From Macrostomum hystrix (lineage: Eukaryota > Animalia > Platyhelminthes): 64,000 bases of DNA. Both the position numbers and the translations under genes were made by a program. Shown piece after piece: positions 47,401 to 62,400 of the stretch. Each line of letters starts with the position of its first letter. Within the stretch, counting starts at the first letter, position 1. A model generated the notes under the pieces. It did not search any database, was not told the origin of the DNA, and saw only the letters and a list, made by a program, of their open reading frames with translations. Location: positions 19,220,001 to 19,284,000 of the forward strand of contig CATNEN010000001.1 in the NCBI GenBank assembly GCA_950097015.1. The letters run 5' to 3'.

Positions 47401-50400
47401 GTCATGAGCGCAGATTTGTAGGCTAATGAGCATTCATTAGTGTGAGGTCATGAGCACAGATTTGTAGGCTAATGAGCATTCATTAGTGTGAGGTCATGAT
47501 CTCAGATTTGTAGGCTAATGAGCATTCATTAGTGTGAGGTCATGATCACAGATTTGTAGGCTAATCAGCATTCATTAGTGTGAGGTCATGAGCACAGATT
47601 TGTAGGCTAATGAGCATTCATTAGTGTGAGGTCATGATCTCAGATTTGTAGGCTAATGAGCATTCATTAGTGTGAGGTCATGAGCACAGATTTGTAGGCT
47701 AATGAGCATTCATTAGTGTGAGGTCATGAGCACAGATTTGTAGGCTAATGAGCATTCATTAGTGTGAGGTCATGAGCACAGATTTGTAGGCTAATCAGCA
47801 TTCATTAGTGTGAGGTCATGAGCACAGATTTGTAGGCTAATGAGCATTCATTAGTGTGAGGTCATGAGCACAGATTTGTAGGCTAATGAGCATTCATTAG
47901 TGTGAGGTCATGAGCACAGATTTGTAGGCTAATGAGCATTCATTAGTGTGAGGTCATGATCTCAGATTTGTAGGCTAATGAGCATTCATTAGTGTGAGGT
48001 CATGAGCACAGATTTGTAGGCTAATGAGCATTCATTAGTGTGAGGTCATGAGCACAGATTTGTAGGCTAATGAGCATTCATTAGTGTGAGGTCATGAGCA
48101 CAGATTTGTAGGCTAATGAGCATTCATTAGTGTGAGGTCATGAGCACAGATTTGTAGGCTAATGAGCATTCATTAGTGTGAGGTCATGAGCACAGATTTG
48201 TAGGCTAATGAGCATTCATTAGTGTGAGGTCATGAGCACAGATTTGTAGGCTAATGAGCATTCATTAGTGTGAGGTCATGAGCACAGATTTGTAGGCTAA
48301 TGAGCATTCATTAGTGTGAGGTCATGAGCACAGATTTGTAGGCTAATGAGCATTCATTAGTGTGAGGTCATGAGCACAGATTTGTAGGCTAATGAGCATT
48401 CATTAGTGTGAGGTCATGAGCACAGATTTGTAGGCTAATGAGCATTCATTAGTGTGAGGTCATGAGCACAGATTTGTAGGCTAATCAGCATTCATTAGTG
48501 TGAGGTCATGAGCACAGATTTGTAGGCTAATCAGCATTCATTAGTGTGAGGTCATGAGCACAGATTTGTAGGCTAATGAGCATTCATTAGTGTGAGGTCA
48601 TGATCACAGATTTGTAGGCTAATGAGCATTCATTAGTGTGAGGTCATGAGCACAGATTTGTAGGCTAATCAGCATTCATTAGTGTGAGGTCATGAGCACA
48701 GATTTGTAGGCTAATGAGCATTCATTAGTGTGAGGTCATGAGCACAGATTTGTAGGCTAATCAGCATTCATTAGTGTGAGGTCATGAGCACAGATTTGTA
48801 GGCTAATGAGCATTCATTAGTGTGAGGTCATGAGCACAGATTTGTAGGCTAATGAGCATTCATTAGTGTGAGGTCATGAGCACAGATTTGTAGGCTAATC
48901 AGCATTCATTAGTGTGAGGTCATGAGCACAGATTTGTAGGCTAATGAGCATTCATTAGTGTGAGGTCATGAGCACAGATTTGTAGGCTAATGAGCATTCA
49001 TTAGTGTGAGGTCATGAGCACAGATTTGTAGGCTAATGAGCATTCATTAGTGTGAGGTCATGATCTCAGATTTGTAGGCTAATCAGCATTCATTAGTGTG
49101 AGGTCATGATCACAGATTTGTAGGCTAATGAGCATTCATTAGTGTGAGGTCATGAGCGCAGATTTGTAGGCTAATCAGCATTCATTAGTGTGAGGTCATG
49201 ATCACAGATTTGTAGGCTAATCAGCATTCATTAGTGTGAGGTCATGATCACAGATTTGTAGGCTAATGAGCATTCATTAGTGTGAGGTCATGAGCACAGA
49301 TTTGTAGGCTAATGAGCATTCATTAGTGTGAGGTCATGAGCACAGATTTGTAGGCTAATGAGCATTCATTAGTGTGAGGTCATGAGCACAGATTTGTAGG
49401 CTAATGAGCATTCATTAGTGTGAGGTCATGAGCACAGATTTGTAGGCTAATGAGCATTCATTAGTGTGAGGTCATTAGCACAGATTTGTAGGCTAATGAG
49501 CATTCATTAGTGTGAGGTCATGAGCACAGATTTGTAGGCTAATCAGCATTCATTAGTGTGAGGTCATGATCACAGATTTGTAGGCTAATGAGCATTCATT
49601 AGTGTGAGGTCATGAGCACAGATTTGTAGGCTAATGAGCATTCATTAGTGTGAGGTCATGAGCACAGATTTGTAGGCTAATGAGCATTCATTAGTGTGAG
49701 GTCATGAGCACAGATTTGTAGGCTAATGAGCATTCATTAGTGTGAGGTCATGAGCACAGATTTGTAGGCTAATGAGCATTCATTAGTGTGAGGTCATGAG
49801 CACAGATTTGTAGGCTAATCAGCATTCATTAGTGTGAGGTCATGAGCACAGATTTGTAGGCTAATGAGCATTCATTAGTGTGAGGTCATGAGCACAGATT
49901 TGTAGGCTAATGAGCATTCATTAGTGTGAGGTCATTAGCACAGATTTGTAGGCTAATGAGCATTCATTAGTGTGAGGTCATGAGCACAGATTTGTAGGCT
50001 AATCAGCATTCATTAGTGTGAGGTCATGAGCACAGATTTGTAGGCTAATGAGCATTCATTAGTGTGAGGTCATGATCTCAGATTTGTAGGCTAATGAGCA
50101 TTCATTAGTGTGAGGTCATGAGCACAGATTTGTAGGCTAATGAGCATTCATTAGTGTGAGGTCATGAGCACAGATTTGTAGGCTAATGAGCATTCATTAG
50201 TGTGAGGTCATGAGCACAGATTTGTAGGCTAATGAGCATTCATTAGTGTGAGGTCATGAGCACAGATTTGTAGGCTAATGAGCATTCATTAGTGTGAGGT
50301 CATGAGCACAGATTTGTAGGCTAATGAGCATTCATTAGTGTGAGGTCATGAGCACAGATTTGTAGGCTAATGAGCATTCATTAGTGTGAGGTCATGAGCA

Positions 50401-53400
50401 CAGATTTGTAGGCTAATCAGCATTCATTAGTGTGAGGTCATGAGCACAGATTTGTAGGCTAATCAGCATTCATTAGTGTGAGGTCATGAGCACAGATTTG
50501 TAGGCTAATGAGCATTCATTAGTGTGAGGTCATGATCACAGATTTGTAGGCTAATGAGCATTCATTAGTGTGAGGTCATGAGCACAGATTTGTAGGCTAA
50601 TCAGCATTCATTAGTGTGAGGTCATGATCACAGATTTGTAGGCTAATGAGCATTCATTAGTGTGAGGTCATGAGCACAGATTTGTAGGCTAATCAGCATT
50701 CATTAGTGTGAGGTCATGAGCACAGATTTGTAGGCTAATGAGCATTCATTAGTGTGAGGTCATGAGCACAGATTTGTAGGCTAATGAGCATTCATTAGTG
50801 TGAGGTCATGAGCACAGATTTGTAGGCTAATGAGCATTCATTAGTGTGAGGTCATGAGCACAGATTTGTAGGCTAATGAGCATTCATTAGTGTGAGGTCA
50901 TGAGCACAGATTTGTAGGCTAATGAGCATTCATTAGTGTGAGGTCATGAGCACAGATTTGTAGGCTAATGAGCATTCATTAGTGTGAGGTCATGAGCACA
51001 GATTTGTAGGCTAATGAGCATTCATTAGTGTGAGGTCATGAGCACAGATTTGTAGGCTAATGAGCATTCATTAGTGTGAGGTCATTAGCACAGATTTGTA
51101 GGCTAATGAGCATTCATTAGTGTGAGGTCATGAGCACAGATTTGTAGGCTAATCAGCATTCATTAGTGTGAGGTCATGATCACAGATTTGTAGGCTAATG
51201 AGCATTCATTAGTGTGAGGTCATGAGCACAGATTTGTAGGCTAATGAGCATTCATTAGTGTGAGGTCATGATCACAGATTTGTAGGCTAATGAGCATTCA
51301 TTAGTGTGAGGTCATGAGCACAGATTTGTAGGCTAATCAGCATTCATTAGTGTGAGGTCATGAGCACAGATTTGTAGGCTAATGAGCATTCATTAGTGTG
51401 AGGTCATGAGCACAGATTTGTAGGCTAATCAGCATTCATTAGTGTGAGGTCATGAGCACAGATTTGTAGGCTAATGAGCATTCATTAGTGTGAGGTCATG
51501 AGCACAGATTTGTAGGCTAATGAGCATTCATTAGTGTGAGGTCATGAGCACAGATTTGTAGGCTAATCAGCATTCATTAGTGTGAGGTCATGAGCACAGA
51601 TTTGTAGGCTAATGAGCATTCATTAGTGTGAGGTCATGAGCACAGATTTGTAGGCTAATCAGCATTCATTAGTGTGAGGTCATGAGCACAGATTTGTAGG
51701 CTAATGAGCATTCATTAGTGTGAGGTCATGAGCACAGATTTGTAGGCTAATCAGCATTCATTAGTGTGAGGTCATGAGCACAGATTTGTAGGCTAATCAG
51801 CATTCATTAGTGTGAGGTCATGAGCACAGATTTGTAGGCTAATGAGCATTCATTAGTGTGAGGTCATGAGCACAGATTTGTAGGCTAATGAGCATTCATT
51901 AGTGTGAGGTCATGAGCACAGATTTGTAGGCTAATCAGCATTCATTAGTGTGAGGTCATGAGCACAGATTTGTAGGCTAATCAGCATTCATTAGTGTGAG
52001 GTCATGAGCACAGATTTGTAGGCTAATGAGCATTCATTAGTGTGAGGTCATGAGCACAGATTTGTAGGCTAATGAGCATTCATTAGTGTGAGGTCATGAG
52101 CACAGATTTGTAGGCTAATGAGCATTCATTAGTGTGAGGTCATGAGCACAGATTTGTAGGCTAATGAGCATTCATTAGTGTGAGGTCATGAGCACAGATT
52201 TGTAGGCTAATGAGCATTCATTAGTGTGAGGTCATGATCTCAGATTTGTAGGCTAATGAGCATTCATTAGTGTGAGGTCATGAGCACAGATTTGTAGGCT
52301 AATGAGCATTCATTAGTGTGAGGTCATGATCTCAGATTTGTAGGCTAATCAGCATTCATTAGTGTGAGGTCATGATCACAGATTTGTAGGCTAATGAGCA
52401 TTCATTAGTGTGAGGTCATGATCACAGATTTGTAGGCTAATCAGCATTCATTAGTGTGAGGTCATGATCACAGATTTGTAGGCTAATGAGCATTCATTAG
52501 TGTGAGGTCATGAGCACAGATTTGTAGGCTAATGAGCATTCATTAGTGTGAGGTCATGAGCACAGATTTGTAGGCTAATGAGCATTCATTAGTGTGAGGT
52601 CATGAGCACAGATTTGTAGGCTAATGAGCATTCATTAGTGTGAGGTCATGATCACAGATTTGTAGGCTAATCAGCATTCATTAGTGTGAGGTCATGAGCA
52701 CAGATTTGTAGGCTAATGAGCATTCATTAGTGTGAGGTCATGAGCACAGATTTGTAGGCTAATGAGCATTCATTAGTGTGAGGTCATGATCACAGATTTG
52801 TAGGCTAATGAGCATTCATTAGTGTGAGGTCATGAGCACAGATTTGTAGGCTAATGAGCATTCATTAGTGTGAGGTCATGATCACAGATTTGTAGGCTAA
52901 TGAGCATTCATTAGTGTGAGGTCATGATCACAGATTTGTAGGCTAATCAGCATTCATTAGTGTGAGGTCATGATCACAGATTTGTAGGCTAATGAGCATT
53001 CATTAGTGTGAGGTCATGAGCACAGATTTGTAGGCTAATGAGCATTCATTAGTGTGAGGTCATGAGCACAGATTTGTAGGCTAATGAGCATTCATTAGTG
53101 TGAGGTCATGAGCACAGATTTGTAGGCTAATGAGCATTCATTAGTGTGAGGTCATGAGCACAGATTTGTAGGCTAATGAGCATTCATTAGTGTGAGGTCA
53201 TTAGCACAGATTTGTAGGCTAATGAGCATTCATTAGTGTGAGGTCATGAGCACAGATTTGTAGGCTAATCAGCATTCATTAGTGTGAGGTCATGATCACA
53301 GATTTGTAGGCTAATGAGCATTCATTAGTGTGAGGTCATGAGCACAGATTTGTAGGCTAATGAGCATTCATTAGTGTGAGGTCATGATCACAGATTTGTA

Positions 53401-56400
53401 GGCTAATGAGCATTCATTAGTGTGAGGTCATGAGCACAGATTTGTAGGCTAATCAGCATTCATTAGTGTGAGGTCATGAGCACAGATTTGTAGGCTAATG
53501 AGCATTCATTAGTGTGAGGTCATGAGCACAGATTTGTAGGCTAATCAGCATTCATTAGTGTGAGGTCATGAGCACAGATTTGTAGGCTAATGAGCATTCA
53601 TTAGTGTGAGGTCATGAGCACAGATTTGTAGGCTAATGAGCATTCATTAGTGTGAGGTCATGAGCACAGATTTGTAGGCTAATCAGCATTCATTAGTGTG
53701 AGGTCATGAGCACAGATTTGTAGGCTAATGAGCATTCATTAGTGTGAGGTCATGAGCACAGATTTGTAGGCTAATCAGCATTCATTAGTGTGAGGTCATG
53801 AGCACAGATTTGTAGGCTAATGAGCATTCATTAGTGTGAGGTCATGAGCACAGATTTGTAGGCTAATCAGCATTCATTAGTGTGAGGTCATGAGCACAGA
53901 TTTGTAGGCTAATGAGCATTCATTAGTGTGAGGTCATGAGCACAGATTTGTAGGCTAATGAGCATTCATTAGTGTGAGGTCATGAGCACAGATTTGTAGG
54001 CTAATGAGCATTCATTAGTGTGAGGTCATGAGCACAGATTTGTAGGCTAATGAGCATTCATTAGTGTGAGGTCATGAGCACAGATTTGTAGGCTAATGAG
54101 CATTCATTAGTGTGAGGTCATGAGCACAGATTTGTAGGCTAATCAGCATTCATTAGTGTGAGGTCATGAGCACAGATTTGTAGGCTAATGAGCATTCATT
54201 AGTGTGAGGTCATGAGCACAGATTTGTAGGCTAATGAGCATTCATTAGTGTGAGGTCATGAGCACAGATTTGTAGGCTAATCAGCATTCATTAGTGTGAG
54301 GTCATGAGCACAGATTTGTAGGCTAATCAGCATTCATTAGTGTGAGGTCATGAGCACAGATTTGTAGGCTAATGAGCATTCATTAGTGTGAGGTCATGAG
54401 CACAGATTTGTAGGCTAATGAGCATTCATTAGTGTGAGGTCATGAGCACAGATTTGTAGGCTAATGAGCATTCATTAGTGTGAGGTCATGAGCACAGATT
54501 TGTAGGCTAATGAGCATTCATTAGTGTGAGGTCATGAGCACAGATTTGTAGGCTAATGAGCATTCATTAGTGTGAGGTCATGATCTCAGATTTGTAGGCT
54601 AATGAGCATTCATTAGTGTGAGGTCATGAGCACAGATTTGTAGGCTAATGAGCATTCATTAGTGTGAGGTCATGATCTCAGATTTGTAGGCTAATCAGCA
54701 TTCATTAGTGTGAGGTCATGATCACAGATTTGTAGGCTAATGAGCATTCATTAGTGTGAGGTCATGATCACAGATTTGTAGGCTAATCAGCATTCATTAG
54801 TGTGAGGTCATGATCACAGATTTGTAGGCTAATGAGCATTCATTAGTGTGAGGTCATGAGCACAGATTTGTAGGCTAATGAGCATTCATTAGTGTGAGGT
54901 CATGAGCACAGATTTGTAGGCTAATGAGCATTCATTAGTGTGAGGTCATGAGCACAGATTTGTAGGCTAATGAGCATTCATTAGTGTGAGGTCATGAGCA
55001 CAGATTTGTAGGCTAATGAGCATTCATTAGTGTGAGGTCATTAGCACAGATTTGTAGGCTAATGAGCATTCATTAGTGTGAGGTCATGAGCACAGATTTG
55101 TAGGCTAATCAGCATTCATTAGTGTGAGGTCATGATCACAGATTTGTAGGCTAATGAGCATTCATTAGTGTGAGGTCATGAGCACAGATTTGTAGGCTAA
55201 TGAGCATTCATTAGTGTGAGGTCATGAGCACAGATTTGTAGGCTAATGAGCATTCATTAGTGTGAGGTCATGAGCACAGATTTGTAGGCTAATGAGCATT
55301 CATTAGTGTGAGGTCATGAGCACAGATTTGTAGGCTAATGAGCATTCATTAGTGTGAGGTCATGAGCACAGATTTGTAGGCTAATCAGCATTCATTAGTG
55401 TGAGGTCATGATCACAGATTTGTAGGCTAATGAGCATTCATTAGTGTGAGGTCATGAGCACAGATTTGTAGGCTAATCAGCATTCATTAGTGTGAGGTCA
55501 TGAGCACAGATTTGTAGGCTAATGAGCATTCATTAGTGTGAGGTCATGATCTCAGATTTGTAGGCTAATGAGCATTCATTAGTGTGAGGTCATGAGCACA
55601 GATTTGTAGGCTAATGAGCATTCATTAGTGTGAGGTCATGAGCACAGATTTGTAGGCTAATGAGCATTCATTAGTGTGAGGTCATGATCTCAGATTTGTA
55701 GGCTAATGAGCATTCATTAGTGTGAGGTCATGAGCACAGATTTGTAGGCTAATGAGCATTCATTAGTGTGAGGTCATGATCTCAGATTTGTAGGCTAATC
55801 AGCATTCATTAGTGTGAGGTCATGATCACAGATTTGTAGGCTAATGAGCATTCATTAGTGTGAGGTCATGATCACAGATTTGTAGGCTAATCAGCATTCA
55901 TTAGTGTGAGGTCATGATCACAGATTTGTAGGCTAATGAGCATTCATTAGTGTGAGGTCATGAGCACAGATTTGTAGGCTAATGAGCATTCATTAGTGTG
56001 AGGTCATGAGCACAGATTTGTAGGCTAATGAGCATTCATTAGTGTGAGGTCATGAGCACAGATTTGTAGGCTAATGAGCATTCATTAGTGTGAGGTCATG
56101 AGCACAGATTTGTAGGCTAATGAGCATTCATTAGTGTGAGGTCATTAGCACAGATTTGTAGGCTAATGAGCATTCATTAGTGTGAGGTCATGAGCACAGA
56201 TTTGTAGGCTAATCAGCATTCATTAGTGTGAGGTCATGATCACAGATTTGTAGGCTAATGAGCATTCATTAGTGTGAGGTCATGAGCACAGATTTGTAGG
56301 CTAATGAGCATTCATTAGTGTGAGGTCATGAGCACAGATTTGTAGGCTAATGAGCATTCATTAGTGTGAGGTCATGAGCACAGATTTGTAGGCTAATGAG

Positions 56401-59400
56401 CATTCATTAGTGTGAGGTCATGAGCACAGATTTGTAGGCTAATGAGCATTCATTAGTGTGAGGTCATGAGCACAGATTTGTAGGCTAATCAGCATTCATT
56501 AGTGTGAGGTCATGATCACAGATTTGTAGGCTAATGAGCATTCATTAGTGTGAGGTCATGAGCACAGATTTGTAGGCTAATCAGCATTCATTAGTGTGAG
56601 GTCATGAGCACAGATTTGTAGGCTAATGAGCATTCATTAGTGTGAGGTCATGATCTCAGATTTGTAGGCTAATGAGCATTCATTAGTGTGAGGTCATGAG
56701 CACAGATTTGTAGGCTAATCAGCATTCATTAGTGTGAGGTCATGAGCACAGATTTGTAGGCTAATGAGCATTCATTAGTGTGAGGTCATGAGCGCAGATT
56801 TGTAGGCTAATGAGCATTCATTAGTGTGAGGTCATGAGCACAGATTTGTAGGCTAATGAGCATTCATTAGTGTGAGGTCATGATCTCAGATTTGTAGGCT
56901 AATGAGCATTCATTAGTGTGAGGTCATGATCACAGATTTGTAGGCTAATCAGCATTCATTAGTGTGAGGTCATGAGCACAGATTTGTAGGCTAATGAGCA
57001 TTCATTAGTGTGAGGTCATGATCTCAGATTTGTAGGCTAATGAGCATTCATTAGTGTGAGGTCATGAGCACAGATTTGTAGGCTAATGAGCATTCATTAG
57101 TGTGAGGTCATGAGCACAGATTTGTAGGCTAATGAGCATTCATTAGTGTGAGGTCATGAGCACAGATTTGTAGGCTAATCAGCATTCATTAGTGTGAGGT
57201 CATGAGCACAGATTTGTAGGCTAATGAGCATTCATTAGTGTGAGGTCATGAGCACAGATTTGTAGGCTAATGAGCATTCATTAGTGTGAGGTCATGAGCA
57301 CAGATTTGTAGGCTAATGAGCATTCATTAGTGTGAGGTCATGATCTCAGATTTGTAGGCTAATGAGCATTCATTAGTGTGAGGTCATGAGCACAGATTTG
57401 TAGGCTAATGAGCATTCATTAGTGTGAGGTCATGAGCACAGATTTGTAGGCTAATGAGCATTCATTAGTGTGAGGTCATGATCACAGATTTGTAGGCTAA
57501 TGAGCATTCATTAGTGTGAGGTCATGAGCACAGATTTGTAGGCTAATCAGCATTCATTAGTGTGAGGTCATGAGCACAGATTTGTAGGCTAATGAGCATT
57601 CATTAGTGTGAGGTCATGAGCACAGATTTGTAGGCTAATCAGCATTCATTAGTGTGAGGTCATGATCTCAGATTTGTAGGCTAATGAGCATTCATTAGTG
57701 TGAGGTCATGAGCACAGATTTGTAGGCTAATGAGCATTCATTAGTGTGAGGTCATGAGCACAGATTTGTAGGCTAATGAGCATTCATTAGTGTGAGGTCA
57801 TGATCACAGATTTGTAGGCTAATGAGCATTCATTAGTGTGAGGTCATGAGCACAGATTTGTAGGCTAATCAGCATTCATTAGTGTGAGGTCATGAGCACA
57901 GATTTGTAGGCTAATGAGCATTCATTAGTGTGAGGTCATGAGCACAGATTTGTAGGCTAATCAGCATTCATTAGTGTGAGGTCATGATCTCAGATTTGTA
58001 GGCTAATGAGCATTCATTAGTGTGAGGTCATGAGCACAGATTTGTAGGCTAATGAGCATTCATTAGTGTGAGGTCATGAGCACAGATTTGTAGGCTAATG
58101 AGCATTCATTAGTGTGAGGTCATGATCACAGATTTGTAGGCTAATGAGCATTCATTAGTGTGAGGTCATGAGCACAGATTTGTAGGCTAATCAGCATTCA
58201 TTAGTGTGAGGTCATGAGCACAGATTTGTAGGCTAATGAGCATTCATTAGTGTGAGGTCATGAGCACAGATTTGTAGGCTAATCAGCATTCATTAGTGTG
58301 AGGTCATGAGCACAGATTTGTAGGCTAATGAGCATTCATTAGTGTGAGGTCATGAGCACAGATTTGTAGGCTAATGAGCATTCATTAGTGTGAGGTCATG
58401 AGCACAGATTTGTAGGCTAATCAGCATTCATTAGTGTGAGGTCATGAGCACAGATTTGTAGGCTAATGAGCATTCATTAGTGTGAGGTCATGAGCACAGA
58501 TTTGTAGGCTAATCAGCATTCATTAGTGTGAGGTCATGAGCACAGATTTGTAGGCTAATGAGCATTCATTAGTGTGAGGTCATGAGCACAGATTTGTAGG
58601 CTAATCAGCATTCATTAGTGTGAGGTCATGAGCACAGATTTGTAGGCTAATCAGCATTCATTAGTGTGAGGTCATGAGCACAGATTTGTAGGCTAATGAG
58701 CATTCATTAGTGTGAGGTCATGAGCACAGATTTGTAGGCTAATGAGCATTCATTAGTGTGAGGTCATGAGCACAGATTTGTAGGCTAATCAGCATTCATT
58801 AGTGTGAGGTCATGAGCACAGATTTGTAGGCTAATCAGCATTCATTAGTGTGAGGTCATGAGCACAGATTTGTAGGCTAATGAGCATTCATTAGTGTGAG
58901 GTCATGAGCACAGATTTGTAGGCTAATGAGCATTCATTAGTGTGAGGTCATGAGCACAGATTTGTAGGCTAATGAGCATTCATTAGTGTGAGGTCATGAG
59001 CACAGATTTGTAGGCTAATGAGCATTCATTAGTGTGAGGTCATGAGCACAGATTTGTAGGCTAATGAGCATTCATTAGTGTGAGGTCATGATCTCAGATT
59101 TGTAGGCTAATGAGCATTCATTAGTGTGAGGTCATGAGCACAGATTTGTAGGCTAATGAGCATTCATTAGTGTGAGGTCATGATCTCAGATTTGTAGGCT
59201 AATCAGCATTCATTAGTGTGAGGTCATGATCACAGATTTGTAGGCTAATGAGCATTCATTAGTGTGAGGTCATGATCACAGATTTGTAGGCTAATCAGCA
59301 TTCATTAGTGTGAGGTCATGATCACAGATTTGTAGGCTAATGAGCATTCATTAGTGTGAGGTCATGAGCACAGATTTGTAGGCTAATGAGCATTCATTAG

Positions 59401-62400
59401 TGTGAGGTCATGAGCACAGATTTGTAGGCTAATGAGCATTCATTAGTGTGAGGTCATGAGCACAGATTTGTAGGCTAATGAGCATTCATTAGTGTGAGGT
59501 CATGATCACAGATTTGTAGGCTAATCAGCATTCATTAGTGTGAGGTCATGAGCACAGATTTGTAGGCTAATGAGCATTCATTAGTGTGAGGTCATGAGCA
59601 CAGATTTGTAGGCTAATGAGCATTCATTAGTGTGAGGTCATGATCACAGATTTGTAGGCTAATGAGCATTCATTAGTGTGAGGTCATGAGCACAGATTTG
59701 TAGGCTAATGAGCATTCATTAGTGTGAGGTCATGATCACAGATTTGTAGGCTAATGAGCATTCATTAGTGTGAGGTCATGATCACAGATTTGTAGGCTAA
59801 TCAGCATTCATTAGTGTGAGGTCATGATCACAGATTTGTAGGCTAATGAGCATTCATTAGTGTGAGGTCATGAGCACAGATTTGTAGGCTAATGAGCATT
59901 CATTAGTGTGAGGTCATGAGCACAGATTTGTAGGCTAATGAGCATTCATTAGTGTGAGGTCATGAGCACAGATTTGTAGGCTAATGAGCATTCATTAGTG
60001 TGAGGTCATGAGCACAGATTTGTAGGCTAATGAGCATTCATTAGTGTGAGGTCATTAGCACAGATTTGTAGGCTAATGAGCATTCATTAGTGTGAGGTCA
60101 TGAGCACAGATTTGTAGGCTAATCAGCATTCATTAGTGTGAGGTCATGATCACAGATTTGTAGGCTAATGAGCATTCATTAGTGTGAGGTCATGAGCACA
60201 GATTTGTAGGCTAATGAGCATTCATTAGTGTGAGGTCATGATCACAGATTTGTAGGCTAATGAGCATTCATTAGTGTGAGGTCATGAGCACAGATTTGTA
60301 GGCTAATCAGCATTCATTAGTGTGAGGTCATGAGCACAGATTTGTAGGCTAATGAGCATTCATTAGTGTGAGGTCATGAGCACAGATTTGTAGGCTAATC
60401 AGCATTCATTAGTGTGAGGTCATGAGCACAGATTTGTAGGCTAATGAGCATTCATTAGTGTGAGGTCATGAGCACAGATTTGTAGGCTAATGAGCATTCA
60501 TTAGTGTGAGGTCATGAGCACAGATTTGTAGGCTAATCAGCATTCATTAGTGTGAGGTCATGAGCACAGATTTGTAGGCTAATGAGCATTCATTAGTGTG
60601 AGGTCATGAGCACAGATTTGTAGGCTAATCAGCATTCATTAGTGTGAGGTCATGAGCACAGATTTGTAGGCTAATGAGCATTCATTAGTGTGAGGTCATG
60701 AGCACAGATTTGTAGGCTAATCAGCATTCATTAGTGTGAGGTCATGAGCACAGATTTGTAGGCTAATGAGCATTCATTAGTGTGAGGTCATGAGCACAGA
60801 TTTGTAGGCTAATGAGCATTCATTAGTGTGAGGTCATGAGCACAGATTTGTAGGCTAATGAGCATTCATTAGTGTGAGGTCATGAGCACAGATTTGTAGG
60901 CTAATGAGCATTCATTAGTGTGAGGTCATGAGCACAGATTTGTAGGCTAATGAGCATTCATTAGTGTGAGGTCATGAGCACAGATTTGTAGGCTAATCAG
61001 CATTCATTAGTGTGAGGTCATGAGCACAGATTTGTAGGCTAATGAGCATTCATTAGTGTGAGGTCATGAGCACAGATTTGTAGGCTAATGAGCATTCATT
61101 AGTGTGAGGTCATGAGCACAGATTTGTAGGCTAATCAGCATTCATTAGTGTGAGGTCATGAGCACAGATTTGTAGGCTAATCAGCATTCATTAGTGTGAG
61201 GTCATGAGCACAGATTTGTAGGCTAATGAGCATTCATTAGTGTGAGGTCATGAGCACAGATTTGTAGGCTAATGAGCATTCATTAGTGTGAGGTCATGAG
61301 CACAGATTTGTAGGCTAATGAGCATTCATTAGTGTGAGGTCATGAGCACAGATTTGTAGGCTAATGAGCATTCATTAGTGTGAGGTCATGAGCACAGATT
61401 TGTAGGCTAATGAGCATTCATTAGTGTGAGGTCATGATCTCAGATTTGTAGGCTAATGAGCATTCATTAGTGTGAGGTCATGAGCACAGATTTGTAGGCT
61501 AATGAGCATTCATTAGTGTGAGGTCATGATCTCAGATTTGTAGGCTAATCAGCATTCATTAGTGTGAGGTCATGATCACAGATTTGTAGGCTAATGAGCA
61601 TTCATTAGTGTGAGGTCATGATCACAGATTTGTAGGCTAATCAGCATTCATTAGTGTGAGGTCATGATCACAGATTTGTAGGCTAATGAGCATTCATTAG
61701 TGTGAGGTCATGAGCACAGATTTGTAGGCTAATGAGCATTCATTAGTGTGAGGTCATGAGCACAGATTTGTAGGCTAATGAGCATTCATTAGTGTGAGGT
61801 CATGAGCACAGATTTGTAGGCTAATGAGCATTCATTAGTGTGAGGTCATGAGCACAGATTTGTAGGCTAATGAGCATTCATTAGTGTGAGGTCATTAGCA
61901 CAGATTTGTAGGCTAATGAGCATTCATTAGTGTGAGGTCATGAGCACAGATTTGTAGGCTAATCAGCATTCATTAGTGTGAGGTCATGATCACAGATTTG
62001 TAGGCTAATGAGCATTCATTAGTGTGAGGTCATGAGCACAGATTTGTAGGCTAATGAGCATTCATTAGTGTGAGGTCATGAGCACAGATTTGTAGGCTAA
62101 TGAGCATTCATTAGTGTGAGGTCATGAGCACAGATTTGTAGGCTAATGAGCATTCATTAGTGTGAGGTCATGAGCACAGATTTGTAGGCTAATGAGCATT
62201 CATTAGTGTGAGGTCATGAGCACAGATTTGTAGGCTAATCAGCATTCATTAGTGTGAGGTCATGATCACAGATTTGTAGGCTAATGAGCATTCATTAGTG
62301 TGAGGTCATGAGCACAGATTTGTAGGCTAATCAGCATTCATTAGTGTGAGGTCATGAGCACAGATTTGTAGGCTAATGAGCATTCATTAGTGTGAGGTCA